Positions 1 through 10,836 of a DNA stretch of 64,000 nucleotides are shown here, one piece after another. The notes below the pieces were generated by a model. The model was not told the origin of the DNA and made no database searches. It saw only the letters and a program-made list of their open reading frames with translations. Source of the DNA: Candidatus Latescibacterota bacterium (GTDB lineage Bacteria > Latescibacterota > UBA2968 > UBA8231). The stretch covers positions 1,088,001-1,152,000 of the forward strand of contig OZ241867.1 of the NCBI GenBank assembly GCA_965203175.1, in the 5' to 3' direction. The stretch's first letter is position 1. Each line of letters begins with the position of its first letter. The position numbers and the translations under genes were made by a program.

Positions 1-134
1 TCCCTGTCAGTGCCACGACAACACCGATGGGGACGTGTCCATTTATCATCGGCGTGTCTTCGCCACAACTGGCGAGACAAAGCACGAGCAGGGCACAGGC
101 GAGGAAGTCTATTCGTTTGCGTTTTTGCATTAGG

Positions 135-1406
135 CTAATTCTCCCCCGTCATGTCTAAACAGACCATTTCCTTCTTATTTCGCGCATAGAGTCTGCCGTT
201 GGCAAGCGTCGGCACCGTCCAACACAATCCGCTCAGCACCTCTGCGCTCGCTATTTCACGATAAGCTTTGGGTGTCGCCTCGACTAACCCCAACTTGCCG
301 CGGTCACTGAGAATAATCAGATGGTCTTCTGCAAGCATGAGCGTGCCTTCACCGAATCCGCGAGTTTTCCATTTTTCGGTGCCGGTATTTGCATCAATAC
401 ATTTCAAAATAGCATTGTGAAAGCCGTAAAGGTGATTGCCATGCAAAACCGGAGTGGACAACCGATTCTGAAATTTTTTATTCCTCCAAACCTCCTCAAT
501 CTCTATCTGGTTTTTCTCTCCTCCATTGTTCAGGGCACTATATTCAGGAGAATTCATTACTTTGACCTGTACGACTGCCGCTCCACTTCCGTACCCTGAT
601 GAGATGTAAATCTTGTCCGGCGCAATGAAAATGGGAGTAGCGGCGTGAACATCAAACCGTCCTGTTCGCCACGGATAGCTCCAGAGCACCTCTCCATTGT
701 CGATTGATACAGAGAGCAGCCGAAGACCTGCGAAGACAATGAGTTGTCGTATCCCGCCAATTGTAACACCAATAGGCGAAGCATATCCAAGTTTGTCTGT
801 ATGGGAACTCCAGAGGACATCACCATTCGTCTTATCAAAAGCCACGATAAACTTTCCATTGTTGCCACCGACCTCAACGAGCAACAGATTGCCTTCCACC
901 AACGGCGAAGAACTGAACCCCCACTTAGGCATATAGCTTCCGAAGTCTTTGATCAAATCGTAAGACCAGACCTTCTCTCCATTCACACTACTGAGTGCGT
1001 AAAATCTACCCTGTGCGGACACCGTGAAGAGGAACTCCCCATCGATTGTCGGTGTTGCACGTGGGCCATTACCTCCCTCGTACTCATAGTATGTGCTGTC
1101 CGATCGAAACCGCCACATCTCTTCCCCGTTCGAGGCATCAAGACAAATGACAAACTCATCATTTCCTTCCGAGAACATCGTATAGACACGTCCGCGAGCG
1201 ACGGAAATTCCGGAAAAACCCTCGCCGAGCGGCACTCTCCAGAGGACTTGAGGGCCGTCGTCAGGCCATTCTTTTAGAAGTCCCGTCTGCCGAGAGATTC
1301 CGTCCCTATTGGGCCCTCTCCACTGCGGCCAATCCGAAGCACCGGCGACTGACACGCCGCCAGAAAGCAGCAAACCTATGATTAAAAACTCTGCAATTCT
1401 TTTCAT
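135..1406 (-). CDS. PQQ-like beta-propeller repeat protein (BamB-like), secreted
   Basis: Signal peptide followed by DWPQWRGPNRDG; repeated 'LDAxxGEExW' propeller motifs; start set at MKRIAEF. Confidence 0.85.
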   Translation of the reverse strand: MKRIAEFLIIGLLLSGGVSVAGASDWPQWRGPNRDGISRQTGLLKEWPDDGPQVLWRVPLGEGFSGISVARGRVYTMFSEGNDEFVICLDASNGEEMWRFRSDSTYYEYEGGNGPRATPTIDGEFLFTVSAQGRFYALSSVNGEKVWSYDLIKDFGSYMPKWGFSSSPLVEGNLLLVEVGGNNGKFIVAFDKTNGDVLWSSHTDKLGYASPIGVTIGGIRQLIVFAGLRLLSVSIDNGEVLWSYPWRTGRFDVHAATPIFIAPDKIYISSGYGSGAAVVQVKVMNSPEYSALNNGGEKNQIEIEEVWRNKKFQNRLSTPVLHGNHLYGFHNAILKCIDANTGTEKWKTRGFGEGTLMLAEDHLIILSDRGKLGLVEATPKAYREIASAEVLSGLCWTVPTLANGRLYARNKKEMVCLDMTGEN

Positions 1407-1461
1407 GAGCAATCCCGTCTATTTCAACATGCCAGAACGTCTCACCCATCAGTGCGTTTGT

Positions 1462-1782
1462 TCAGTTTTCTTCGGCCTTAGCCGCCCCACAACTCCAACA
1501 GTCCGTAAACGCCCCCGGGCACTCCTCTCCACACGCGGCGCAGGCCCACGGTGCTTCGTCTTTTGCAGCCGTTGCAAACAGAGTGTCGATGTGCAACTTC
1601 GCGGCCGCGGCCTGTTTATCGTCCAGGACCCACAACTCCGGCCAGCACTCAATCGGGGGCAATTCGCCCACGCCGCCGAGCAGATGCTGACCGCGCAAAA
1701 CGCATTCAATGCCCTGTGCAGCTAGCGAGTTTTTGAGGTGGCTAAGCATGGCCAAGTCCTGTGTAGTGTACACGCGTTCCAT
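1462..1782 (-). CDS. DUF2007-type putative signal-transducing protein with C-terminal zinc ribbon
   Basis: N-terminal 'LKNSLAAQGIEC...WPELWV'; C-terminal WxCxxC-x10-CWSC. Confidence 0.7.
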   Translation of the reverse strand: MERVYTTQDLAMLSHLKNSLAAQGIECVLRGQHLLGGVGELPPIECWPELWVLDDKQAAAAKLHIDTLFATAAKDEAPWACAACGEECPGAFTDCWSCGAAKAEEN

Positions 1783-1803
1783 TGTCTGTCTCCTCCTTCG
1801 GCG

Positions 1804-4782
1804 TTACGCGTCAGCCGCAACCCGCTCCCGCAAAGCCGGCAGCAACCGCGCCACTTCATCCTCCAGCAACACTAGGGCTTCCTCCGCGTCGGCAAACGCT
1901 TCCTCGCGCCCGATTTTCTCCAACCGATGCGCGGCCTCGGCCGCCTCCTCTGCTCCGAAAACGTGCGCCGACCCTTTGAGCGTATGCGCGGCCCGCCGCA
2001 ATTCAGTACCGTCCTCGCTGGCGATGTGCTCGCGGATCTGCTGCATCAGCTTGGGACACTCTGCAAAAAACATCTCCGCAAGCTCGCGCAGCATGGCCTC
2101 GTCGCCGCCGACGTTTTCGAGCGCAGCATCCCACTCAAAAGGCACATCGGTTCGGCTGAGCTCACCGTCGAAGCCCACAGGCGCGGGCAGTCCGTCCTCA
2201 TCATTGGGGCCGCCACCCTCCACGGCCGCGTACAGCTCGTGCGGACGCACGGGCTTGGCCACATAACCGTCCATGCCCGCCGCCAAGAACCGGTCGCGGT
2301 CGCCTTTCATGGCGTGGGCAGTCATGGCAATGATCGGAACGTGTCCGCCGGTCTGTGCCTCTGCACGGCGAATGGCCGCCGTCGCCTCTAGGCCGTCCAT
2401 CTCCGGCATTTGCACGTCCATCAGCACCACGTCAAAGGACGGCTCGGCTGAGCTCGCCGAAGCCTGCGCGGCCACTTGCTCCACGGCCGCGCGGCCATTG
2501 TTCACTACCACTACCGAGTGACCGCGCTCCTCCAACAGCCGCACGGCCACCTGCTGGTTGATCGCCCCATCCTCGGCCAAGAGGACGCGGCGTGCTGTTC
2601 GGCCCCAACTCTCGACCGCCACCGACTCGTCCGCAGGCGCATCACCGCGCCTTGCCTCCACCGCCGGGGCAGCCTCAAGGGCCGCGCCAATGGCCTCTAG
2701 CAGATCGGACTGCTTGATCGGCTTGATCAGGCTGCGGGCAATGCCCAAGGAGCGCGCGCGCGCGCTGAATCCGGCTCGGTCGGCCGAGGAAAGCAGCAGC
2801 ACCGGCACTTGGGCAAACGCCGCATTCTCGCGGATTATCGCCACCGTTTCTAGGCCGTCCATCTCCGGCATCATCAGATCCATCAGCACGAGGTCGAAGG
2901 GCGACTCGGCTGAGCCTGCCGAAGTCTGTGCCGCGGCCTCCAAAGCTGCTATGGCAGCCGAGCCGCTCTCTACGAGCTCAGCCTCCATCTCCCAGCTTTT
3001 TAGGATCTCTTCGAGGATTCGCCGATTGGTCGCATGGTCGTCAACGACTAAGACCTTTAGCCCCTGTAGCGAGACCAGATCAGCGCGCTTAGTCTCCGGC
3101 GTTCCCAACCCTAAGCGGACCGTGCAGTAAAAGATGCTGCCTTTGCCCTCCTCGCTCTCGACCCAGATGCGGCCCCCCATCAGCTCGACTAACTGCTGCG
3201 AGATGGCTAAACCCAAGCCGCTGCCGCCAAAGCGACGCGAGGTCGATTCATCAACTTGGCTGAAAGAGTCGAATATCCGCGCCTGTTTCTCCGGCGCGAT
3301 GCCGACCCCGGTATCGCGCACCCACAGGCGCAGGCACACGGCATCCGGCAAGGCCTCTTCCACTGCAATGCCAACTTCTACTTCGCCTTCCTCGGTAAAC
3401 TTGACGGCATTGCCCACTAAGTTGATCACCACTTGGCGCAAGCGGCGCGGGTCGCCGACCAAGCGGTCGGGAACATCCGCGGGGATGTGGCACACGAGCT
3501 CTATGTTTTTGCTCGCCGCGTGCATGGCCAGTGTCTGCACGGCATTGCCCACCTCGTCGCGCAGGCCGAACTCAATCTCCTCCAGTGCCAAGCGGCCTGC
3601 TTCGACTCTGGAGAAGTCGAGGATGTCGTTGAGCAGGGACAGCAGGGATTCAGCCGACTGCTGCACCAACGTCAAGTAGTTGCGCTGTTGCGATTCGAGC
3701 TGGGTGCGCCCCAAGAGCTCGGTCATGCCGATGATGCCGTTCATTGGAGTGCGGATTTCGTGGCTCATATTGGCCAAAAACGCGCTCTTAGCCTGGTTGG
3801 CCGCTTCGGCCTGCTCCTTGGCGGCGCGCAGGGCCTCCTGCGACTCTTCAAGTGCCAACAGGGCCTCGTGCTCGGACTGCGCCGTGGCCGCGGTCAGGCG
3901 GTATTGCTCTTGTAGCTGCTCTTCCGAGCGCCGCCTTTTTGCATCGACCCGCGAAAGCGATGCGGCGTTCCACCAAATGAGCAGGGCGAAGGCCAAGATG
4001 TTGAGCAGCGTAAAAAGTGAGAAGCCAAACTCGTAGCCATAGAGGCTCTCGACCTGAATGCGCACCCAGTCGAGTAAGAGGGGAATGACAAAGGCGGCCG
4101 GCAAGAGGCGGCGCGCCACGGAACCGCCCTCTGTAGTGCTGATGATGGTCGCGACTGGCTCGCGGTGCGGACGAGCGCACAGCAGGCCAAAGCAGAGGAT
4201 GAGGAATTCGGTGGCCGTATCGGGGACGACCGGGACGAACCCGGATACTCCGTAGAGCAGCAGCACGTTGTGGAAGTAGCTGCTCATCGACAAGAGCCCA
4301 ATGGCCGTCGTCGCGAGCACGCAGATCTGCGACAGATAGGCGCGGCCCCTCACTTGCACATCCATCAACACTAAGCCCAAGCCTATCAGCAAAAAGGAAA
4401 ATGCCGCATTGGGCGACATCCGCGAGACGCCCAGCTTGAAATAAAAGAGGTACGTATCGACGCCCCGCTCCCAGTTGTATTGGTAGCCGATTAACTTGAG
4501 CACGGCGATCAGCACTACGGTCGCCCCTAACACCACGCCCGCATATCGCCGCCAGCGGCTCAGCGGCTCGGCCTGCAACAACAAAAGCGCCGCGCCGGCC
4601 AAGATAAACTGCATTGCCACGAGCGGATGCGTCGCCACCCAACTGAGGTGCATGAAGCTTTTGAGGTATTCGTCGTCGGCGTTCCAGCCCCACAGCACCA
4701 GCGCGCCCGCGAGCACGGTTGTGGAGGCTGCCAAGCGCGCCAGCCAGCCGGTCCAGCGCAGGAAGCGAGGATCGCCCTCCAT
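1804..4782 (-). CDS. Hybrid sensor histidine kinase (TM region, HisKA, HATPase, two receiver domains, Hpt)
   Basis: [35 protein letters not shown], two LMDxxMPEMDG receivers, AHTLKGS Hpt. Confidence 0.95.
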   Translation of the reverse strand: MEGDPRFLRWTGWLARLAASTTVLAGALVLWGWNADDEYLKSFMHLSWVATHPLVAMQFILAGAALLLLQAEPLSRWRRYAGVVLGATVVLIAVLKLIGYQYNWERGVDTYLFYFKLGVSRMSPNAAFSFLLIGLGLVLMDVQVRGRAYLSQICVLATTAIGLLSMSSYFHNVLLLYGVSGFVPVVPDTATEFLILCFGLLCARPHREPVATIISTTEGGSVARRLLPAAFVIPLLLDWVRIQVESLYGYEFGFSLFTLLNILAFALLIWWNAASLSRVDAKRRRSEEQLQEQYRLTAATAQSEHEALLALEESQEALRAAKEQAEAANQAKSAFLANMSHEIRTPMNGIIGMTELLGRTQLESQQRNYLTLVQQSAESLLSLLNDILDFSRVEAGRLALEEIEFGLRDEVGNAVQTLAMHAASKNIELVCHIPADVPDRLVGDPRRLRQVVINLVGNAVKFTEEGEVEVGIAVEEALPDAVCLRLWVRDTGVGIAPEKQARIFDSFSQVDESTSRRFGGSGLGLAISQQLVELMGGRIWVESEEGKGSIFYCTVRLGLGTPETKRADLVSLQGLKVLVVDDHATNRRILEEILKSWEMEAELVESGSAAIAALEAAAQTSAGSAESPFDLVLMDLMMPEMDGLETVAIIRENAAFAQVPVLLLSSADRAGFSARARSLGIARSLIKPIKQSDLLEAIGAALEAAPAVEARRGDAPADESVAVESWGRTARRVLLAEDGAINQQVAVRLLEERGHSVVVVNNGRAAVEQVAAQASASSAEPSFDVVLMDVQMPEMDGLEATAAIRRAEAQTGGHVPIIAMTAHAMKGDRDRFLAAGMDGYVAKPVRPHELYAAVEGGGPNDEDGLPAPVGFDGELSRTDVPFEWDAALENVGGDEAMLRELAEMFFAECPKLMQQIREHIASEDGTELRRAAHTLKGSAHVFGAEEAAEAAHRLEKIGREEAFADAEEALVLLEDEVARLLPALRERVAADA
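2149..2175. repeat. Short palindromic repeat, copy 1 (in frame in kinase gene)
   Basis: GGTTCGGCTGAGCTCACCGTCGAAGCC, 27 bp, similar to copies at 2441 and 2903. Confidence 0.7.
2441..2464. repeat. Short palindromic repeat, copy 2 (in frame in kinase gene)
   Basis: GGCTCGGCTGAGCTCGCCGAAGCC, 24 bp hairpin. Confidence 0.75.
2903..2926. repeat. Short palindromic repeat, copy 3 (in frame in kinase gene)
   Basis: GACTCGGCTGAGCCTGCCGAAGTC, 24 bp hairpin with compensatory end changes. Confidence 0.75.
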
Positions 4783-4784
4783 TG

Positions 4785-5153
4785 CTAACCTACGGCCGCC
4801 CGGATAGACCGGGCCAAGCTCTCGCCATCGATCTGCGTTTTGATTAGATAGTCGCAGGCACCAGCCGCTACGGCCTCTTCGGCGAGCACCTCGTCATCAA
4901 GGCCAGTTAGGACCAGTACGGGGACATTGGGGACGGTTGCTTTGACGCGCTCGAAGGTGGCCAACTCTTGGCTGTCGGGCAGTACCAGGTCGAGAAGGAT
5001 CGCGTCGATGCCGCCTTTTTCTAACCGCGCCAAGCCAGCCGCTAAATGATCGACCGCTTCCACGGCAAATTCCGGTTTTAGAAAGCCCTGCAACAGGCGA
5101 GCGTGAATGGGATTGTCCTCGACGAGTAGGACGGATATAGGGGAATCAGCCAT
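4785..5153 (-). CDS. Single-domain response regulator
   Basis: [24 protein letters not shown] receiver motifs. Confidence 0.9.
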   Translation of the reverse strand: MADSPISVLLVEDNPIHARLLQGFLKPEFAVEAVDHLAAGLARLEKGGIDAILLDLVLPDSQELATFERVKATVPNVPVLVLTGLDDEVLAEEAVAAGACDYLIKTQIDGESLARSIRAAVG

Positions 5154-5195
5154 AGCGCGTTATTTATCCATTCGGTGGGGGCCGTAATCAAAGGG

Positions 5196-5233
5196 TGTAT
5201 GAGATAGCTTCTACTTGTATGAGATAGCTTCTA
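5196..5233. repeat. 18-bp direct repeat, period 20
   Basis: TGTATGAGATAGCTTCTA at 5196-5213 and 5216-5233. Confidence 0.85.
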
Positions 5234-6034
5234 GTCGTAATTGCTCGGCACGTGGTCGCCCAAAAGCCGCCGCTGCCGTGGCGTGGCCTGCGTCAACAGG
5301 GCCGGGTCAAATTGGAATTTATTCAGATAGGGTGGGTACTTCTGGGTGATGATGCGCTGGGCGTAGTGTACTTGGAGCAGGTAGCGCATCTGGTTGCTCG
5401 TATTGGCCGTGCCCCGGTGCCAAACCTCGCAGCGGAACAACACGCAGTCGCCGGCCTTGCACATGATGCTCTGCTCCTCGACGCCCTTAAAACTGGTCTC
5501 GCCCGCACGGGGCCGCCGACCCGCGCGGTGGCTGCCCGGCACAAAGCGAGTCGGCCCCAGCTCCTCGGTCAAATCGTCGAGATAATAGTGGGCCGTGGTG
5601 ATAAAAATCGGAATCTCTACCTCTGGGTGATCCATGACTTCTTCGGGCAGGGTCAGCGGCTGCCAGTCGGCGTGCAAGGTTTGGTCCGGTCGGCCCGGGC
5701 CAGTCAGCCAAGCCGTCATGCCGATGCAGTGGCAATCGTCGCCGTGTACTGCCTCGACCAAGTCGATGATTTCGGGTCGGTCCAAGTACTGGGCGAAGAT
5801 CGGTGCGCGGTTGAACGCATTGTTGATGCTCTTGTTGATAAAGCCGTGCGTGGCCGGGTCAGTGTGGCGGTCGTAGCTTTCCTCCAGCGCGGTCAGCTCG
5901 TCCATGGCCTGGCGCAACTCGGCGATCTCTTGCTCGTTGAGCACTTGGGGAAAATAGGCGTACCCGTCTTCCTTCATCGCCTGCACATAGCCCTCGAGAT
6001 CGGGCCGCGCCACCAGCGGCAACGCCGTTGTCAT
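5231..6034 (-). CDS. Phytanoyl-CoA dioxygenase (PhyH) family Fe/2OG oxygenase
   Basis: HAD...WH facial triad, GPTRFVPGSH. Confidence 0.88.
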   Translation of the reverse strand: MTTALPLVARPDLEGYVQAMKEDGYAYFPQVLNEQEIAELRQAMDELTALEESYDRHTDPATHGFINKSINNAFNRAPIFAQYLDRPEIIDLVEAVHGDDCHCIGMTAWLTGPGRPDQTLHADWQPLTLPEEVMDHPEVEIPIFITTAHYYLDDLTEELGPTRFVPGSHRAGRRPRAGETSFKGVEEQSIMCKAGDCVLFRCEVWHRGTANTSNQMRYLLQVHYAQRIITQKYPPYLNKFQFDPALLTQATPRQRRLLGDHVPSNYD

Positions 6035-6051
6035 AGAGTCTCTCTTCGGGG

Positions 6052-6621
6052 CTAGTAGTACGGGTTTTCTCCCGCAGCGTGATCCGTCGCGTCAACCACG
6101 TCTTCCACCTCGGGCACGGCCTCCTTGATCATGCGAATGATGCCCTGTTTGAGCGTCACATCGGCTTGGCCGCAGCCCTGACAGCCCCCGCCCATCTGCA
6201 CAAATACCGTGTTGCCTTTAATGTCCACCAAGGTCACCACGCCGCCGTGCGAAGCCACGCCCGGGTTGATTTGCGTTTCGATGACGCGGTGGACGGTCTC
6301 GGCCATCGGGCCGCTCAGGTGCGCGGGCATCTTGCGCGGGCGCTCGATCTTAAAGCCCGAACCCATAAGCCCATCTACGTAATCCACCTTGGCTTCCGCC
6401 AGCAGGTCGGCACTTTCGGGATCTATGTACACGTCAAATCCCTCGAAGTGGACGACCTGATCGTCGCCGCCTACCTGTTGGTCGGATATGAATGCCAGCT
6501 TGTAGTCAACCTGCTTGGCGGGGTCGAGGCGGGCACCGATGCGCAAACCCTTGACCGGCTTGTCGCTTGCGGCGACTAGATTGGCAATTTTCTCTTCTGC
6601 TGCTTCAGTGATGGTAATCAT
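6052..6621 (-). CDS. nfuA: Fe-S biogenesis protein NfuA (degenerate A-type domain plus NifU C-terminal domain)
   Basis: MITITEAA start; INPGVASHGG and GGCQGC motifs. Confidence 0.85.
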   Translation of the reverse strand: MITITEAAEEKIANLVAASDKPVKGLRIGARLDPAKQVDYKLAFISDQQVGGDDQVVHFEGFDVYIDPESADLLAEAKVDYVDGLMGSGFKIERPRKMPAHLSGPMAETVHRVIETQINPGVASHGGVVTLVDIKGNTVFVQMGGGCQGCGQADVTLKQGIIRMIKEAVPEVEDVVDATDHAAGENPYY

Positions 6622-6693
6622 GGTTTGTCCTCCGTCGAGACGTAACTGTTTGATAATACCGAGACAGTGGGCGGCGGCGCAAGCGGCCCATTC

Positions 6694-9225
6694 CTAGAAT
6701 CTCGGATCAACCGGCGCACTTTCCAACGCTAAGACCCCAAATACGCATTCGTGTACCCGGTGCAAGGGCTGCCCGGCGACAAACCGCTCCAGGCCCTCCA
6801 CCCCCAGCGCAAATTCCCGCAGGGCCAACGCCTGCTTGCCCTTGAGGTTGCGGCGGCGCAACAGCTCCATGCGCTCCGTGTACTCAGGCCCGTAGATCAG
6901 CCGCAAATACGCGCGGCCCCGGCACTTGAGCGCCGGCTGGACGAGGCCGCGTTCGCCTGTGCAGACGAAGTCTAGAGGCTTCGCGACGAATCCCTCGCTA
7001 CCGTTTGCGGTCAATTCCTCCCACCACCGAACTACTTCGCTGCTGCTGTCTATATCTTCCAAAACCACCCGTCGGCGATCTATCGCGCACAGCAAATCCA
7101 ACCCAAACGCGCAGAGCTTGTCCAAGGTCTCCAAATGCCACGCATGGGTCTGGTTGACGTGGACTTGTCCCTCTGTGGCCAAGAGATGAAAAGGAGCCAC
7201 TTTGAGATCCTTGAGCGCGCGCACCGGCCAGCAATAGGGGCGATACGCCGCGGCATAGTGTGCCACGGACTCGGCCCGACCGCGACAACGGCTCAACAGC
7301 TCACCCACGTCCACGCCCCGCGCCACCGCCTGCTCTAGGGCACTCGCGGACGCTGCCAGCGACACCCGCGCCGCCGCGCCCACCGCGGCGTACTGGTCTT
7401 CGAGTAGCTGCTGCGCCTTGGCCGACCAAGGCATGATCTCGGCGTCGAGTACCGCCCAGTCCGTCGCCAGCGCACTCCACAGCTCGCTGCGCTCAAAGGC
7501 CTGCCGCACATGATCTAAGACCCCCGCTTCCAAGCCCGCATCCGCAAAGAATCGGCGGCCCGTGCGCGTGTAACAGATGCCCGCGCTGCCGTCTTCTATT
7601 CCAAAGCGCCGCTGCGCTGTCTCCGGATCGCGGCAGACGATCAGCACGGCCCGCGAGCCCATCTGCTTCTCCTCGCAGACGAGCTCGCGCACGCCGCAGC
7701 GGCGATAGTACGCTAAGACCTCGTCTGGATGTTCGAGTAGGTCGGGGCGGGTGCTGGTTTGGGGCGGGGCCATCGTCGGCGGCAGATAGACCAGCCACCT
7801 ATGATCAACGGCAAAGCGGCTCATCACCTCCAGTGCCGCGGCCGCCCGCTCCGCATGGACGAAAACTCGCCCCATCAACCGCGTCTCCACGCGCCGGCCT
7901 CCAGCCACATCCGCTAAGTCGAGCACATCATCGCGCGTCTGTTGCGCCGCCAAGGGGCGGACCGGCTCGGCGTACTGCACCTTGGCTGGGACGGATACGA
8001 GTTCCAACTCGGGATAGCGCAGCGCCGTCAGCGCGCCGCCAAACACGCAGCCGGTGTCGATATTGATCGCGTTGTTGACCCACTCGGGCTGCGCCACAGG
8101 CGTGTGGCCATAGACGACGCGGGCGCGGCCCCGATACTCGGCCGCCCAGTCGCCGCGCACCGGCAGGCCAAACTCGTCCACCTCACCCGTCACGTCCCCG
8201 TACAGGGCAAACGAGCGCACGGCCCCAGAGGCGCGGCCAGCCATCTCCTCCTTCATGCCAGCGTGCGCTACCACCAGCGCACCCCCGTCGAGCACGTGGT
8301 GGCTGACTAGGCCGCCGAGAAAGGTCTCGACTTTTTTCTTGAACTCCGCGGTCTCGTCGTCAAGCTGGGTCAGCGTCTCCGCCAAGCCGTGCGTGCGTTG
8401 GACCTTTCTGCCCTGCAAGGCTCGGACCAAGCGCGCGTCGTGATTGCCCGGCACGCACAGGGCCGCGCCCGACTCCACCATGCGCATGACCAGCGCGAGG
8501 ACGCCGGGGGCATTGGGGCCGCGGTCCACCAAGTCGCCGACGAAGACGGCCTTGCGCCCCGGCGGCGGTTCCACCTTTTCCCCTGCGATGCGATACCCTA
8601 GCTGGTCGAGCAGGGCTTCGAGTTCGTCGCAACATCCATGTACATCGCCGATGATGTCGAATGGACCGCACTCCTCACGGCGGTCCGGCCACAGCTTCTC
8701 CCGGACCACTTCGACCCGCGCCACATCCGCGGGCGAGCGCAGCGCAAAGATGCGGCGAAAGCCCTCGCGCTTAAGGCCCTTGAGGCCGCGGCGCAGCTGG
8801 CGGTATTGCCGGGGGATTACGTGGGGTGGCAAATCGCGGTCGGAGCGCACGGCCGCGCGCTCCTCGCAGAGCGCCTGGGGCAGATCGAAGACAATGGCCA
8901 CCGGCTGGGCGTGGTAGCGCTTGGCCAGTTCCACCAGCGGCTTGCGCGCCTCGGGCTGGACATTGGTCGCATCTACCACCGTCAAAAGGCCCCGCGCCAA
9001 GCGGCGGGCAGCGACAAAGTGCAGGGCGGCGAACGCATCGTCCGTGGCCTCTAGGCTGTTTTCGTCGTCTGCGACCACGCCGCGAAAAAAGTCCGCAGAC
9101 AGCACTTCGGTCGAGAGAAAGTGCTCGCGAGCAAAGGTCGATTTGCCCGCACTAGAGACGCCGATTAGCACCACCAGCGAGAGGTCGGGTATCGAGAGGC
9201 GGATTTGCTCGTCAGCCACTGGCAC
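6694..9225 (-). CDS. pnkp: Bacterial polynucleotide kinase-phosphatase-ligase Pnkp
   Basis: P-loop GVSSAGKST; metallophosphoesterase GDVHG/GDLVDRG/GNHD; ligase EEKQMGSR and C-terminal PVDPRF. Confidence 0.95.
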   Translation of the reverse strand: MPVADEQIRLSIPDLSLVVLIGVSSAGKSTFAREHFLSTEVLSADFFRGVVADDENSLEATDDAFAALHFVAARRLARGLLTVVDATNVQPEARKPLVELAKRYHAQPVAIVFDLPQALCEERAAVRSDRDLPPHVIPRQYRQLRRGLKGLKREGFRRIFALRSPADVARVEVVREKLWPDRREECGPFDIIGDVHGCCDELEALLDQLGYRIAGEKVEPPPGRKAVFVGDLVDRGPNAPGVLALVMRMVESGAALCVPGNHDARLVRALQGRKVQRTHGLAETLTQLDDETAEFKKKVETFLGGLVSHHVLDGGALVVAHAGMKEEMAGRASGAVRSFALYGDVTGEVDEFGLPVRGDWAAEYRGRARVVYGHTPVAQPEWVNNAINIDTGCVFGGALTALRYPELELVSVPAKVQYAEPVRPLAAQQTRDDVLDLADVAGGRRVETRLMGRVFVHAERAAAALEVMSRFAVDHRWLVYLPPTMAPPQTSTRPDLLEHPDEVLAYYRRCGVRELVCEEKQMGSRAVLIVCRDPETAQRRFGIEDGSAGICYTRTGRRFFADAGLEAGVLDHVRQAFERSELWSALATDWAVLDAEIMPWSAKAQQLLEDQYAAVGAAARVSLAASASALEQAVARGVDVGELLSRCRGRAESVAHYAAAYRPYCWPVRALKDLKVAPFHLLATEGQVHVNQTHAWHLETLDKLCAFGLDLLCAIDRRRVVLEDIDSSSEVVRWWEELTANGSEGFVAKPLDFVCTGERGLVQPALKCRGRAYLRLIYGPEYTERMELLRRRNLKGKQALALREFALGVEGLERFVAGQPLHRVHECVFGVLALESAPVDPRF

Positions 9226-10591
9226 CCCCCACAGAGAAAATCGCCATCTGCGTCGGCGCGCCTAGCTCGGGGTCTTCCGGGCCGACGGGCGCGATGCGCA
9301 CGGCATATCCACAGCGCTTCCCTACCTCCTCGGCCCACGCCCCGAATTCCGCCCGCCGCCACTCAAAGCGGTGGTCGGGATGGCGAAATGCACCGGCTGG
9401 CAGCGCGTCCCAATGGGCGTTGTATTCGGCGTTGGGAGTAGTTATCACTACCGTAGCAGGACGGGCGAACTCGAACACGGCGCGCTCGCAGGCCCGTAGC
9501 TGCGGCGGATCCAAGTGCTCGACGACCTCCACCAGCACCGCGGCGTCGTACCCGCTCAACCGGGCGTCGCGATAGGCCAGCGACCCCTGAAAAACCGCGA
9601 CCTGCTCGCCGCGCGGCAACCTCTCTAACCGCTGGCGAGCGCGCGACAGGGCTTGCGGCGACACATCCATTCCCGCCACTTCAGTGAACTGCGCTTCCGC
9701 CGCCAACCGCGCGAGCAGCCGTCCCTCCCCACAGCCGAGGTCCAGCACTCGCCGGGCACCGCTCGCCTTGAGTTTCTCGAACACGGCGGTCAAGCGCTGT
9801 TGATTCAAGCTCAGTTCCGCTTCAAGAGCCTCTTCGCCCGCGTGATCTTCGGCCTCCCCGGCTTCCTCTACCAACAGTCGCGACAGCGCGGCCTGCTTGA
9901 GACCTCGCTGGTGCTTTAGGTAGCGCTCGACGACTAGGTCGCGCAGGGGGTGGCCTGCCAGCCATTCCCCACCTCGCCGCATCAGCTTGTCGATCTCCTC
10001 CTCGCCCACGTAGTAGTGCTTTTCGTCGTCGAGCACCGGTATCAGAACATACAGATGCGCCAGCACTTCTTTTAATGGCCGCACGCACTGCAGCTCCACC
10101 TCGTAATAGGGACTGTTCCCCCACTCTGGAAAATGTTCGTCGAGCCAGAAGCTTCTGGCCTCTACCGCATATCCCAACGGCTCAAAGAGACCGCGCAACA
10201 AGTCCTCGCCTCCCCGGCAGGGCAGTGCGCTAACGCCCACTCGCAATGGCAGGGCTTTTTCTACTAGCTCGGCCCGTTCTCGGGACTGTCCATTCAAGGC
10301 CGAGGTAAACACTCGGGCAATGGCCACGCTGGTAAAGGAAGAGGCCGCGTAGGGACGGTCGTTGACATAGGACGCCAACGCGAAGTCGGGAGACGCCGAG
10401 CGCCGCTTGAGCGCGGTTGGATCTACGTCGAGGAGCAACGCGGCCGTGCATCGCTCAGACGAGACTTCTGGATAGAAGACGTGCGCCGTCCCAAAGGGCA
10501 GTTCAAGGGCTTGGGCGCGATCTGGGTGCTTGTGCAGGAGATAGCCCAAGTCAGTGGCGGGTTGGTAGGTTGTGGAGATCGTCAGAAGCAT
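9212..10591 (-). CDS. hen1: 3'-terminal RNA ribose 2'-O-methyltransferase Hen1
   Basis: MLLTISTT...TDLGYLLHKHP N-terminus; DLGCGEG, EVVEH, RHPDHRFEW; overlaps pnkp start. Confidence 0.95.
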   Translation of the reverse strand: MLLTISTTYQPATDLGYLLHKHPDRAQALELPFGTAHVFYPEVSSERCTAALLLDVDPTALKRRSASPDFALASYVNDRPYAASSFTSVAIARVFTSALNGQSRERAELVEKALPLRVGVSALPCRGGEDLLRGLFEPLGYAVEARSFWLDEHFPEWGNSPYYEVELQCVRPLKEVLAHLYVLIPVLDDEKHYYVGEEEIDKLMRRGGEWLAGHPLRDLVVERYLKHQRGLKQAALSRLLVEEAGEAEDHAGEEALEAELSLNQQRLTAVFEKLKASGARRVLDLGCGEGRLLARLAAEAQFTEVAGMDVSPQALSRARQRLERLPRGEQVAVFQGSLAYRDARLSGYDAAVLVEVVEHLDPPQLRACERAVFEFARPATVVITTPNAEYNAHWDALPAGAFRHPDHRFEWRRAEFGAWAEEVGKRCGYAVRIAPVGPEDPELGAPTQMAIFSVGGASG

Positions 10592-10836
10592 GGGCCATCG
10601 GTCGAATTGCTCAATGTAGAAACGAACCATAAGGAGATCATGTCAACCCCATTTTATTATTGAACCCATAGAGCAAGATGCTCCGGATCGGCATAATTGA
10701 CGGCACTTTTGCCCGGCGATACGTTCTGGCGACACGTGGATTCTTGCTAGTGATCGATGAATTCATGGGAACCGGGGCTGCCGACGCACTGTCACCGGCA
10801 AATTCGTCTGCCGAAACAACAGAAAAGATACAATCA

